Counted from the stretch's first letter, positions 1 through 9,522 are shown. The stretch is DNA of 48,784 nucleotides from Candidatus Sericytochromatia bacterium (GCA_035285125.1 JAYKHR010000162.1:1-48784), one strand, 5' to 3'. Notes: generated by a model from the letters alone, not told the origin. Program-made: numbers and translations.

Positions 1-234
1 CCCAAGCTCCGCCTGCGCGTGAAGATCACCAAGGTGACGCCGGAGCTGCTCGCGGGCTCCGACAAGACGGGTGACGGCAAGCTGTCCCAGGCCGAGTTCG
101 AGGACCTCTACATCGGGATGGTCATCATGGCCCTTAGTGGCAACGCCGCGCCGCCGGCTCCCCCCGCGCCGCCTGCGCCGCCGGCTCCGGCCGAGCCCCC
201 GGCCCCCCCCGCGCCGCCCGCTGCAACCCGCTGA
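1..234 (+). CDS. EF-hand protein, C-terminal part (5' end lies outside the window), with Pro/Ala-rich tail
   Basis: Frame is open from base 1. Contains the EF-hand loop DKTGDGKLSQAEF and a (PPA)n tail, and is followed by a terminator. Confidence 0.75.
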   Translation, partial: PKLRLRVKITKVTPELLAGSDKTGDGKLSQAEFEDLYIGMVIMALSGNAAPPAPPAPPAPPAPAEPPAPPAPPAATR

Positions 235-247
235 CGTCGGCGTTCAG

Positions 248-278
248 GCACCCGTCCCTTCCCTGGGACGGGTGTTTT
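248..278 (+). terminator. Rho-independent terminator
   Basis: GCACCCGTCCC / GGGACGGGTGT stem followed by a short T run, just after the stop at 234. Confidence 0.7.
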
Positions 279-399
279 GCATTTGGGGGGGGCGTGATGG
301 TCGGCCTGCCTACGCCCGTTCGGGTCTTGCTGCCTGTGTTTCAGGCCTGGCTGCGGGGCGCTGATCGGCGGCCGGACGGCCAGATCTTTTTTGGATCTT

Positions 400-414
400 T
401 TAAGAGTCCATTAA
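400..414. promoter_or_regulatory. TTAA-N7-TTAA box (OmpR/PhoB/CtrA-type direct repeat)
   Basis: TTAA gagtcca TTAA upstream of the 522 gene. The same motif recurs at about 10 intergenic sites. Confidence 0.65.
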
Positions 415-459
415 ATACAACAAGGCTGAAACCCAGCAGGGGTACATATCCTGTGTACA

Positions 460-521
460 GCGCGGTGGGCACTGGCAACGTGCTCACGAGATGAGAACGG
501 CACGACCGAAGGAGGTCCACA
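460..521 (+). promoter_or_regulatory. Conserved 5' leader with hairpin, shared with the paralog at 13309-13370
   Basis: GTGGGCAC-loop-GTGCTCAC hairpin (465-487), then AGAACGGCACGACCGAAGGAGGTC. A near-identical leader precedes the 13308 paralog. Confidence 0.6.
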
Positions 522-770
522 ATGGGGCACATTTCCAACCAGCAGGACATGTATAACACCGCGGCGAACCTCGCCCAGCGCGGTGCCGACCTCAGCACGC
601 AGATGACGCAGCTGGCCCAAGAGGCCTCCAACGCCAACATCACGCAGCAGCGCCTCACCGCGATCCAGATTCAGCTTCAGGACCTCCAGCGGCAGGCTGA
701 AATGATCAAGGAAATCCAGGGCCAGATCAAGAAGAACCAGGAAACGAACAACAAGGCGCCGCAGAGCTGA
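522..770 (+). CDS. Small Gln-rich helical-hairpin protein; candidate T3SS needle/pilin-like filament subunit (paralog 1)
   Basis: AAGGAGG RBS, 82 aa, own terminator, 64/82 identical to 13042..13308. The needle-like call rests on size and pattern only. Confidence 0.6.
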   Translation: MGHISNQQDMYNTAANLAQRGADLSTQMTQLAQEASNANITQQRLTAIQIQLQDLQRQAEMIKEIQGQIKKNQETNNKAPQS

Positions 771-785
771 CGTCGCGCCAGGTGT

Positions 786-827
786 GCCGGGGGGAGCAGG
801 CTCGGGCCCGCCCCCCCGGTTTTTTTT
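786..827 (+). terminator. Rho-independent terminator
   Basis: CCGGGGGG...CCCCCCGG stem followed by T8. Confidence 0.8.
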
Positions 828-922
828 CAGCCGTGGGGGGCACAGCCGGACGCCGTGCGGGTGCGCGGTGATACGCACGGCGTGCCTGGGGGTACAAGCC
901 CAACGTACAGGGAGGTCAGTCC

Positions 923-1141
923 ATGAGCGTCTACGCCGCCGTTGCCGACAGCATGCGGACGACCCAGGGTTACCAGCGCGAGTGGAACAGCCGGGCCCTG
1001 GAGGTAGCCAACAACCTGCCTACCCGCACCGAGCAACTGCTGGCGACGCAGATCACGCTGCAGCAGTCCAATGTCAACTTGCAGTACGCGAGCGACCTGG
1101 TCAACATCCTGATGCGTAACCTCTCACAGCTGCAACCGTGA
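923..1141 (+). CDS. Small helical protein resembling a T3SS inner rod (SctI/PrgJ/EscI-like)
   Basis: GGAGG RBS, 72 aa. The C-terminus TEQLLATQITLQQSNVNLQYASDLVNILMRNLSQL follows the pattern I recall for the inner-rod C-terminal helix. Confidence 0.5.
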   Translation: MSVYAAVADSMRTTQGYQREWNSRALEVANNLPTRTEQLLATQITLQQSNVNLQYASDLVNILMRNLSQLQP

Positions 1142-1168
1142 TGTGAGCGGGGCGAAGGAGCCTTGACG

Positions 1169-2275
1169 ATGGAAGACCTCAAGGGGCGGCTCAAGCAGGC
1201 CGAGTTCGAGATGGAAAAGGTGAAGCAGCAGCTTGCCGTCGCAAGCAAGCAGCTGCAGGCCGCCGTCAAGCAAGCCCAAGCGGTCCACGATTACGCCGAG
1301 GCGGAGCTTGGTCGCATCTCTGCCGAGCCCGGCACCGAGCGGAAGGCCGCGCGGCTGCTGTTCGCCGAGCTGCGCCTCCTGTCCGCGGCCGCCAGCGTCG
1401 AGGTGGCGCAGCTGGCGGCCTCCCTGGACCTGCTGAAGCCCATCCCGCCGGCCACCAGGAAGCGCATCGACGACCTCAGCCTGTACATCCAGTTTGTCGG
1501 CTTCGAGATGAACCTGTCGCGCTACCAGCCCGTGCGGCAGGCACTGACCGTGGCGCTCGGCCTTGCTGAGGCCCCGCCCGCCGAGGTGGCCCCCGCTTCC
1601 CGGCCGGGCTTGCCCGGGCGAGGCTCGGCCCCCGCGCGGCCTGGCCTGCCCCGGCCGCCCGCAGGCGCCCAGACCGGTCCCCTGGCGCGGCCGGCGCTGC
1701 CCGGGCCTGGTGCCCGCCCGGCCTTGCCTCCTCGGCCGGCGGCCCCCGTGCCGCGCGCCGGCGCCCAGCCCAGCGCCGGGCTGCCTCAGCGACCGGGCAC
1801 CGGCGGCCTGCGGGCTGGCCCCCCCGGGTTGCCCCAGCGGCCTGGCACCCGCCCCCTCGGGAAACCGGCTGGGGTGGACCCAGGGGCGCTGGCGGAGGAA
1901 CTCAGGGGCCACGCGGCCGTTGAGGACGTTCGCCAGAAGCTCCGCGTCCTCTATGATCGCCTCGAGGAAGTCGAGGCCGCCATGGTGCCACTTCGCGGGC
2001 CAGCCCCGGGCGAGCTCTCCGTGCCGTACGAGCAGGCCTCGGGCCCACTGCGGCAGCTAGCGGGCAAGGTCTACTTCATCCACAGGGCCATCGCCGCGCT
2101 CGATGAGCACGGGGACCTTGCCACCAAGCTCGCCTTTGAGATCACGGACGTGGACCCCAAGGTGCAGCAGATCCTGCTGACAATGTCGCCCGAGGCCGTC
2201 GCGGGGGCGCCGGCCGAGCCCGAGCCCGGCGCCAGCCCCATCGGCTCGCGCCTGCGCTCCATCTTCAAGCCCTGA
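1169..2275 (+). CDS. Hypothetical protein: N-terminal coiled coil, Pro/Arg/Gly-rich linker, helical C-terminal domain
   Basis: AAGGAG 8 nt before ATG 1169, GC3-biased codons, operonic with 923 and 2288. Confidence 0.75.
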   Translation: MEDLKGRLKQAEFEMEKVKQQLAVASKQLQAAVKQAQAVHDYAEAELGRISAEPGTERKAARLLFAELRLLSAAASVEVAQLAASLDLLKPIPPATRKRIDDLSLYIQFVGFEMNLSRYQPVRQALTVALGLAEAPPAEVAPASRPGLPGRGSAPARPGLPRPPAGAQTGPLARPALPGPGARPALPPRPAAPVPRAGAQPSAGLPQRPGTGGLRAGPPGLPQRPGTRPLGKPAGVDPGALAEELRGHAAVEDVRQKLRVLYDRLEEVEAAMVPLRGPAPGELSVPYEQASGPLRQLAGKVYFIHRAIAALDEHGDLATKLAFEITDVDPKVQQILLTMSPEAVAGAPAEPEPGASPIGSRLRSIFKP

Positions 2276-2287
2276 GGGCCATCTGGC

Positions 2288-3052
2288 ATGCGCGAGCTGA
2301 CGCCTGACGAGATCGAGACGTGGAAGGCGATCGCGCGCAACTACCACAAGCTGCAGACGCAGCTCGCGGAGCAGCGGGACCGGTTCAAGGTGCTGCTGGC
2401 GGACACCGAGGCGGTGCTGCCCGGCTACCCCGAGGCGAGCCAGGCCGGACGCTTCTTGCGGCTGCAGCGCCGCATGCTGAGGCTCTCGCTGGCCAACCTC
2501 GCGGTCTACCCGCTGGACTCCAACGTCTACCAGCCTCCCACCGGCGTTCGGAGCCCGGCCTACGAGGCCAACGCCCTCGAGATCAAGTACCTCACGCTGG
2601 AGCTCGACCTGATGGCTCACAAGGCCCTGTGGGCGCTGGTGGTCGGCACGCTCCGCCCTGAGGTGGGCCAGCCGGCGCCCGCCCACCACCCCGCCTGGGA
2701 GGCACAGGCCGTGGCAATCGGCACCAGCCCCGAGCGCCGCTCGGCCTGGGAGCGGTTCGTCTCTGACGTCGAGGTGCTCGAGGCCGGCTTGCGGGAGGCC
2801 CGGCCCGCGCTCGAGGGCATGGCGCGGGACATCAAGGACGCGGACCGCCTGGCCGTGCTGCAGGGCCTCAAGGTGCCGAGCCTCGCGGGGCTCGCCTACA
2901 GGGTGACCACCGCCCTCAAGCTGATTCCGGACGGGGTCAGCCTCGCGGCGGCCTTGCGCGCCGAGCTGATCCCGCCGCCCCCCAAGCCTGCCTCCCGGGC
3001 CAAGGGGCTCACCACGGGGCGGCTGAAGGTCCCCTTCAAGCCTCAGGGCTGA
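2288..3052 (+). CDS. Hypothetical alpha-helical protein
   Basis: Starts 12 nt after the previous stop and has typical codon usage. Confidence 0.75.
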   Translation: MRELTPDEIETWKAIARNYHKLQTQLAEQRDRFKVLLADTEAVLPGYPEASQAGRFLRLQRRMLRLSLANLAVYPLDSNVYQPPTGVRSPAYEANALEIKYLTLELDLMAHKALWALVVGTLRPEVGQPAPAHHPAWEAQAVAIGTSPERRSAWERFVSDVEVLEAGLREARPALEGMARDIKDADRLAVLQGLKVPSLAGLAYRVTTALKLIPDGVSLAAALRAELIPPPPKPASRAKGLTTGRLKVPFKPQG

Positions 3053-3905
3053 CGGCTGGCGAGGCCCACACCACCACGCGCTGGGGCACGGGCTGAGGCT
3101 TGAAGCCAGTCCGCTCCTCGATCCGAAGCTGGGGCTGGTTGTCCTCCCGGGTCACGGCGAGGACGCCGTTGCAGGCCTCGAGCACCGCCGCGCACGCCGC
3201 GTGCCACCCACGCAGCCCGTGGCCCCGGCCGCGGTGCTCGGGCGGCGTCCAAGCCCCCTCCAGCACGCCCCAGGCGGGTGTCTGCCTCCCGAGCTGCACC
3301 TGGTAGACGATCGCCCCCTCGTGCTCCAGCACCCAGACGCGCTCCTGGAGGATCTGCCAGGCCACCCCCGCGAGGGCGCCGGCCGGGTCTGCCGCGGTGG
3401 GGTCGAAGCCGAGCTCGGCGGCACGCATGGCGGCCGCCTGCCGGGCCACCTCGTGGACGTCGGCCGGACCTGCCAGACGGAAGCCCGGGGCCGCAGGGCG
3501 GGCGGCCAGGTCCTCGGGGCGCAGCGTCAGCACCGTCAGCCGCTCGTCCTTTTTGAGGGGGCCCGGCAGCGCCGTGAGGCCTGCGAGGACGGCCTCCACC
3601 ACCGGCGCCTGGCCCAGCAGCACGGGGGCAGCCGGCAGGTGGGCCTGCACGAACGGCGCCAGCTCTGGCCATGCCGCCCGTTCGGGAGCGAACAGCTCCA
3701 CCACCCCGCGCGTCGTGGCGAGCGCCAGCGGCTCGCTGGCCACGCTCTCCAGCAGGCACAGGCCTGCCTGAGCCAGGTCGAAGCCGTGCCGCTCGGCCTC
3801 CTGCAGGGCGCTGCTGAACACCACGCCCTCCACGGGGTGCTCTCGCAGCCACGCCCACAGGGTCAGGGCATCCGCGCCCACGACAGGGCGCCAGAGGCTG
3901 CCCAC
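3036..3905 (-). CDS. GNAT family N-acetyltransferase (FR47-like C-terminal domain)
   Basis: Acetyl-CoA motif WTPPEHRGRGHG and a DNQPQLRIEERTGF motif-B-like segment. GTG start directly after the upstream stop. Confidence 0.75.
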   Translation of the reverse strand: MGSLWRPVVGADALTLWAWLREHPVEGVVFSSALQEAERHGFDLAQAGLCLLESVASEPLALATTRGVVELFAPERAAWPELAPFVQAHLPAAPVLLGQAPVVEAVLAGLTALPGPLKKDERLTVLTLRPEDLAARPAAPGFRLAGPADVHEVARQAAAMRAAELGFDPTAADPAGALAGVAWQILQERVWVLEHEGAIVYQVQLGRQTPAWGVLEGAWTPPEHRGRGHGLRGWHAACAAVLEACNGVLAVTREDNQPQLRIEERTGFKPQPVPQRVVVWASPAVSPEA

Positions 3906-3907
3906 GG

Positions 3908-5500
3908 CTAGTCCGGGGTGCCGGCGAACTCGGCGGCCGGCTCCTGGCCCAGCAGCCAGGCGATGAAGTCGGGCGACAGGAACAGCGCCTCGAGCGCCGG
4001 GGCCACCTTCAGCACGTGCAGGAGCCGGCCGTGCATGATCACGGCGGCAATGGACCACACCGCCCGGTCTTCGAGGCGCAGCTCGGGGTGGCAGGTGCGG
4101 GCCTGGCGTAGCAGCGTCGCCATCAGCGCCGCCGCGTGCCACGATGCCCGGAGCCCGTAGCGCGTGGCGTAGCGCTTGCCGAAGACCAGGTTGCGGGCCA
4201 TCGACGCGAGCATCGCGGCCGTGGCTTCGTCATCGGGGGCCAGCGCCTGCACGCCGCTCGCAGGGAGCAGCACGGTCTCGGCCACCGTGTCGAGCAGGGC
4301 GAGCCGGCCCGCCAGCGGCACGGTGGACACGGGCTCGGGCGCCGCCTCCAGCCGGGCCCAGTCGGCCTGCTCGCCCTCCCGCAGGGCGTCGAGGTAGAGG
4401 CTGCCGAGCCATAAGCGGCGATCCAGCGGCAACTCCGCGCGCGTGAGCAGGGCCAGCAGGGCCCCTTCTGCGGCCCGGTAGGCGGGCCAGTCCACGGGAC
4501 CACCGGCCTCCAGCCGGTAGTCCTCGACTGCCGTCGGCGGGAACATGGCGCGCCGGGCGTGGAGCGCCGGCAGCCTCTCGGTGAGGGGGGCTCCCAGGTT
4601 GGCGCGCACCGTGCCGCACGTCACCGAGGTGGTGATGGCGACGCCGTCCGGGGTGCCTGTGGCGAGGAAGGGGTACTCGTCGCACACGGGGAAGACGGCC
4701 CGGCCCAGCGTGGCGTGGATGCGGCAGTGGCGTTGCTCGTCGAGGAACCGGCAGGTCTCGTCCACGCCCTTCAGCTGCAGCCTGCCGTCGGGCAGCACCG
4801 GCAGCCGGGTGCCCTTGAGGGGCGGGTGGAATCGCTCCCACGGGATCGCATCGATCACGTCCTGGGCCGCGCGCTCGACGTCGATGTCGAAGCCCACGCC
4901 GCAGCAGGTGCCTGAGGTCTGGCAGCTGAACCGCGCCTCCGGCAGCACCAGCAGCGGGGGGCGCGGGTAGCCGAACTGGCGGTGCCAGGCGAGATCCAGC
5001 CACGTGCGTGGCGCCGCCAGGTCGGCGGCCCGGGCTGCGGGGAACTCTGCCGTGGCCTGCGCGCGGCCAAGCTCGTAGTCCCAGGCCTGGGGCGCTGCGG
5101 CGAGCGTCAGCCAGCCGACGCGCCACGCGGCCCTGTGCAGCTTGAAACCCACGCCGATGGCGAGGTCCTGGCCGCTGGCCTCCTCTACCGCGTCGAACCA
5201 GGCCACGATGCGGTCGCCCTCCTCCTGCCGCGCCCCGGCCAGCGCGGTGGCCCGGAATCGAGGCGCGTGCGCCTCGGACCGTCCGGCCGCCTGGCGGGCG
5301 CCCTGGGCCGCGAGCCCGCGCGCGTAGGCCTCGGCGTCGAGCTCGGCCGCTGTCACCACCTGCTGGCGGAAGGAGAGCAGGGCCTCCGGGGCGTACATCC
5401 CGTGGAGGGCGCGCCCCCCCTCTGGGTCTTCGCTGTGCCGCAGGACCTCGTCCAACGTGGCCGCGAGGTCGGCGGCGAGCTCGTTAGAGACCAGTTGCAC
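3908..5500 (-). CDS. YkgJ/FliB-like cysteine-cluster (Fe-S/Zn) protein with extra N-terminal domain
   Basis: FSCQTSGTCC...CRFLDEQRHCRIH...VCDEYPF...SVTC Cys pattern. GGAGG RBS before GTG 5500. Confidence 0.75.
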   Translation of the reverse strand: MQLVSNELAADLAATLDEVLRHSEDPEGGRALHGMYAPEALLSFRQQVVTAAELDAEAYARGLAAQGARQAAGRSEAHAPRFRATALAGARQEEGDRIVAWFDAVEEASGQDLAIGVGFKLHRAAWRVGWLTLAAAPQAWDYELGRAQATAEFPAARAADLAAPRTWLDLAWHRQFGYPRPPLLVLPEARFSCQTSGTCCGVGFDIDVERAAQDVIDAIPWERFHPPLKGTRLPVLPDGRLQLKGVDETCRFLDEQRHCRIHATLGRAVFPVCDEYPFLATGTPDGVAITTSVTCGTVRANLGAPLTERLPALHARRAMFPPTAVEDYRLEAGGPVDWPAYRAAEGALLALLTRAELPLDRRLWLGSLYLDALREGEQADWARLEAAPEPVSTVPLAGRLALLDTVAETVLLPASGVQALAPDDEATAAMLASMARNLVFGKRYATRYGLRASWHAAALMATLLRQARTCHPELRLEDRAVWSIAAVIMHGRLLHVLKVAPALEALFLSPDFIAWLLGQEPAAEFAGTPD

Positions 5501-5746
5501 GTGGCTGCCTCCCTGTGCGGCGATCGTCCGTTGCGGCTCATGTTCCCGTGGCGCGGGCGGCCTAACCGCTGCCCCGGCGGCCCTGATCCCGCAGTAGCTG
5601 CCGAACAAGGCCGCCGGCCGGGTGTGGGAATGCTCGCCGCCGGAAAACGCGCTCCCCTCTCCCCGGGCTCCGGGGAGAGGGTGGTCTTACCCCGCCGTTT
5701 GCCTCGGTCAGCAGCTATCGCGGACTCGGGCCCGGCAGAAGTCACG

Positions 5747-5773
5747 TCAGGTTTGGCTGGCACCCGGGGATAA
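5747..5773 (+). promoter_or_regulatory. sigma28 (FliA/WhiG)-like promoter
   Basis: TCAGGTTT-N11-GGGGATAA versus the consensus TAAAGTTT-N11-GCCGATAA, 43 nt before ATG 5817. Confidence 0.55.
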
Positions 5774-5816
5774 TGATCGCAGCGTCCCCCGATGCGCCCA
5801 GGCGAGGATCTGGACC

Positions 5817-6197
5817 ATGCCCGACATCAAACCCGTGGCCCCTGCCGCCCAGCCCGTCGTGGCCCCCCGCACCCCTGAGGCTGGCCCCTCCGGGGCCACG
5901 CCTGCGATCGGGCGCCGGTACACGGACACCTTCTCGCTGGCGCGGATGCGCGAGGCCGCTGGCAAGGCCGCCGAGACGGGTGGGCGCTGGCTCTCTCAGC
6001 CGCTGCAGGAGCTTGCCTCCCTGGTGCAGACCGTCTCCGCGATCTTCTCCTATGGCAACCTCCTCGCCATGGCCCGCCAGTCGCAGGCCCGGCGCGACGA
6101 GGAGGAGCGGTCCGAACGCCAGTCCCTGGCGGTTCAGGCGCGGCGTGCCGCTGCAGCCGCCGACGCGCGGGCCGAGGAGGCGCGGCGCACCATCTGA
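5817..6197 (+). CDS. Hypothetical protein with Pro-rich N-terminus; candidate secreted substrate
   Basis: GAGGA RBS. Sequence begins MPDIKPVAP...YTDTFSL and has a charged helical C-terminus. Confidence 0.65.
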   Translation: MPDIKPVAPAAQPVVAPRTPEAGPSGATPAIGRRYTDTFSLARMREAAGKAAETGGRWLSQPLQELASLVQTVSAIFSYGNLLAMARQSQARRDEEERSERQSLAVQARRAAAAADARAEEARRTI

Positions 6198-6266
6198 AGG
6201 CCGGAGCCTGCCCTGCCTGTCCCCCTGGCCCTCGGGCCGGGGGGACTTCTCGTCAGAGAGGGGAAG

Positions 6267-6319
6267 TTAAAGCTTCCTTACGCGTGTCTTAAGAAAGACT
6301 GACGGCCATGCGGCGATAA
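6267..6319 (+). promoter_or_regulatory. Triple TTAA/TTAC array (11-bp period) abutting a sigma28-like promoter
   Basis: TTAA-N7-TTAC-N7-TTAA (6267-6292), then GAAAGACT-N11-GGCGATAA (6293-6319). Confidence 0.65.
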
Positions 6320-6345
6320 CCCAGGCAGCGAGGACCAGCGGCAGC

Positions 6346-7416
<1,071 letters not shown>

Positions 7417-7455
7417 CGGTGGGAGGCCCCTCTCGCCGGGGAAACATGGCCGGAT

Positions 7456-7492
7456 TTAACTTTTATTTAACCTTTTCTGGCTCTGGCGATAA
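7456..7492 (+). promoter_or_regulatory. TTAA-N7-TTAAC box followed by a GGCGATAA sigma28-like -10
   Basis: TTAA cttttat TTAAC (7456-7471) and GGCGATAA at 7485-7492. Confidence 0.6.
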
Positions 7493-7584
7493 GCAGGTCC
7501 GGCGCCGAACGGCCTATAAAAACAATGACTTAACGGTGCGTGCCCGCGCGAAAGCGCCGGTCGCCAGGCGCGAAGGAGCCCCCG

Positions 7585-8652
7585 ATGCCCGCCAAGAAGC
7601 TTGTGCTCGCCACCTTGATCGCCACGCTGCTGGCGGGCTGCGGCGCCACCTCGAACCAGCAGGCACTGCCGGGAGACGGGACCTACAGCGACGTCGTGCT
7701 GCCTGCGGACGACTACGGGATGACCACGCCACCCGAGGCCCCCTTCGAGCCCAGCGCCAACCAGCCTCCGGTGGCTTCGGCGCCGACGAGCGTCGATGGG
7801 CAGATCGGGAACCCGAACGCCGCTGGCTTCACGCTGCGAGGTCTCGTGACGGACCTGGTCGGCAAGCCGATCCCGGGCGCGAAGGTGTCGATCGGGGCCC
7901 AGACCACGCTGGCGAGCGCGACGGGTGCCTTCACGATCTCGGGCATCATGGACACGCAGGTCTGGGTCGACGTGTCGGCGGACGGCTACGAGCCGATCGT
8001 CCGCTTCAATGTCCCCTTCAGCGCCGACAAGGCCACGGCCGACAAGGAGTTCAAGCTTGCGCCGGCCGCCTCGGGCGGCGCGAACGGGGGCGACGGCTCG
8101 ACGGACGCCGCCCCTACAGGGCCGCGCCTGACGCACGAGGGCACCTTCTCGGGGCCGGCCTTCCAGAGCGTCGTGGCGATGGTGGCCGATGGCGATCGCG
8201 TCTACGTGCTCGGCAAGCTCGACAAGGCCCTCTGGTTCGACCGCATGGCCGTCGTCGTCTTCGACGCGGGCTCCGGCGAGGAGCTGAGCCGCGTGGGCGA
8301 CCGCCTCTTCAGCAAGGTGCCCAAGGCCGCGACCAGCCTGAAGGTCGACGACGGGCAGCTCGTGGTGGCCGACGGGAAGGAGCGGGTCACCTTCGATGCC
8401 AGCGGGGCCTTCGTCTCGCGGGCGACGGGGGCTGGCTTTCCTGTCGTGACCGAGGTCAAGGATGCCGAGCGGGGCCTGACCTACACCCTGAAGACGGGCA
8501 ACAAGGCCCTCGTCGTGGGCAAGGACCTCGACGAGACGCTGCCCCTCGAGAACGTCAGCCGCGCCCGGGCCCTCGGGCTCAACGCCGATGGCGAGCTGAT
8601 CGTGCTCGACAGCGGCGAGCGGGTCATGCACCGCTTCAGCTTCGCGCGCTGA
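7585..8652 (+). CDS. Lipoprotein with carboxypeptidase-regulatory-like domain and C-terminal beta-propeller-like region
   Basis: Lipobox LLAGC, LRGLVTDLVGKPIPGAKVSI...SADGY motif, AAGGAG RBS. Confidence 0.8.
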   Translation: MPAKKLVLATLIATLLAGCGATSNQQALPGDGTYSDVVLPADDYGMTTPPEAPFEPSANQPPVASAPTSVDGQIGNPNAAGFTLRGLVTDLVGKPIPGAKVSIGAQTTLASATGAFTISGIMDTQVWVDVSADGYEPIVRFNVPFSADKATADKEFKLAPAASGGANGGDGSTDAAPTGPRLTHEGTFSGPAFQSVVAMVADGDRVYVLGKLDKALWFDRMAVVVFDAGSGEELSRVGDRLFSKVPKAATSLKVDDGQLVVADGKERVTFDASGAFVSRATGAGFPVVTEVKDAERGLTYTLKTGNKALVVGKDLDETLPLENVSRARALGLNADGELIVLDSGERVMHRFSFAR

Positions 8653-8664
8653 GGCGAGCATCCC

Positions 8665-8701
8665 AGCGCCGGTCGGGCCGTCCGACTGGCGCTTTTTTCT
8701 T
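8665..8701 (+). terminator. Rho-independent terminator
   Basis: AGCGCCGGTCGG / CCGACTGGCGCT stem followed by a T run. Confidence 0.8.
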
Positions 8702-8852
8702 GGCGCCGCACGGAACGCCTCGCGCCGCAGCCGCGTCCGTGGAAACAGGGGGACAGGCCCCTCAAGTGAGGCCTGAGGCCGACCGACGCATGAGATGGAA
8801 CGCGGAGCACGGACGCCCCGCGCAGGGCCGATGGATGGCAGGAGGATCGCCG

Positions 8853-9065
8853 ATGATCCGGTTTGGACACTACTACCTGGACGGCCAGCTGATCGTCTTC
8901 GACCTGACGCTGGAGGACTGGGGTGGGCGCACGCAGTACGTCGCCGCCTGGTCGGAGCACCCGGAGGTCGCGTTCCGGGCGGTGCGCCCCGAGACGGCCA
9001 TCGAGCGCCTGAAGGCCCACATGGCCCAGCACGGCGCGGCCGCCGCCCGCAGGCTGGCGAGCTGA
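8853..9065 (+). CDS. Small protein, possible HicB-like antitoxin N-terminal fold
   Basis: AGGAGG RBS, 70 aa. YVAAWSEHPEVAFRAVRPETAIERLK resembles the HicB beta-beta-beta-alpha pattern. Confidence 0.55.
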   Translation: MIRFGHYYLDGQLIVFDLTLEDWGGRTQYVAAWSEHPEVAFRAVRPETAIERLKAHMAQHGAAAARRLAS

Positions 9066-9125
9066 CGGGCGTCCCGAGACCCGCTTGCCCCGGCAGGCCG
9101 GGGCTGCTACAATGCGGAGACGCTC

Positions 9126-9198
9126 GGCCTGGTAGCTCAGTTGGTAGAGCATGCGACTGAAAATCGCAGTGTCGGCAGTTCGATTCTGCCCTAGGCCA
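9126..9198 (+). tRNA. trnF: tRNA-Phe (GAA), CCA not encoded
   Basis: Acceptor stem GGCCTGG/CTAGGCC, D arm GCTCAGTTGGTAGAGC, anticodon arm TGCGA-CTGAAAA-TCGCA, T arm GGCAG-TTCGATT-CTGCC. Confidence 0.97.
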
Positions 9199-9204
9199 CT
9201 CCCG

Positions 9205-9241
9205 AAAAACCCGCGACGCAGTGTGCGTCGCGGGCTTTTTA
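9205..9241. terminator. Bidirectional Rho-independent terminator after the tRNA
   Basis: A5-CCCGCGACGCA / TGCGTCGCGGG-C-T5. Confidence 0.85.
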
Positions 9242-9522
9242 TCGCGTTACCTGAACCTGCTTCCGCGACAGCCCCCCACCCGGGAAAGTCCGCGTCGGCG
9301 GGGACAAGGGGTGATGCGGAATCCGGGGCCTGTACCGAACACCCCGTGCGAAGGCGGCCACACCCGACGGGTGCCGGCAACCTCACCCCCCTTTCATCTC
9401 AGACAGGGTCCGCGTCAGAGGGGCGGTTGCGGCGGACTCAGGGCTCCGGCTGGCGCGAGTAAGCCTGTGGCGGACGGGGTATGCGACAGACACCCGCCTT
9501 CCGTTCCCGAAAGGAGCTCTCC

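Noticed and set aside
522..1141. WXG100 / type VII substrate pair
   Set aside because: Size and helicity fit, but neither protein has a central W-x-G motif (the 522 protein has no Trp) and no EccC/EssC gene is in the window.
9126..9198. tRNA-anchored genomic island
   Set aside because: I found no integrase, no duplicated tRNA 3' end and no compositional shift.
9245..9470. Cobalamin riboswitch or RNase P/SRP RNA in the intergenic region
   Set aside because: Only fragments (GGGAAAGTCC, GGAATCCGG, a 9-bp GTCCGCGTC repeat) are present, and the conserved cores are missing. An Rfam scan would settle it.
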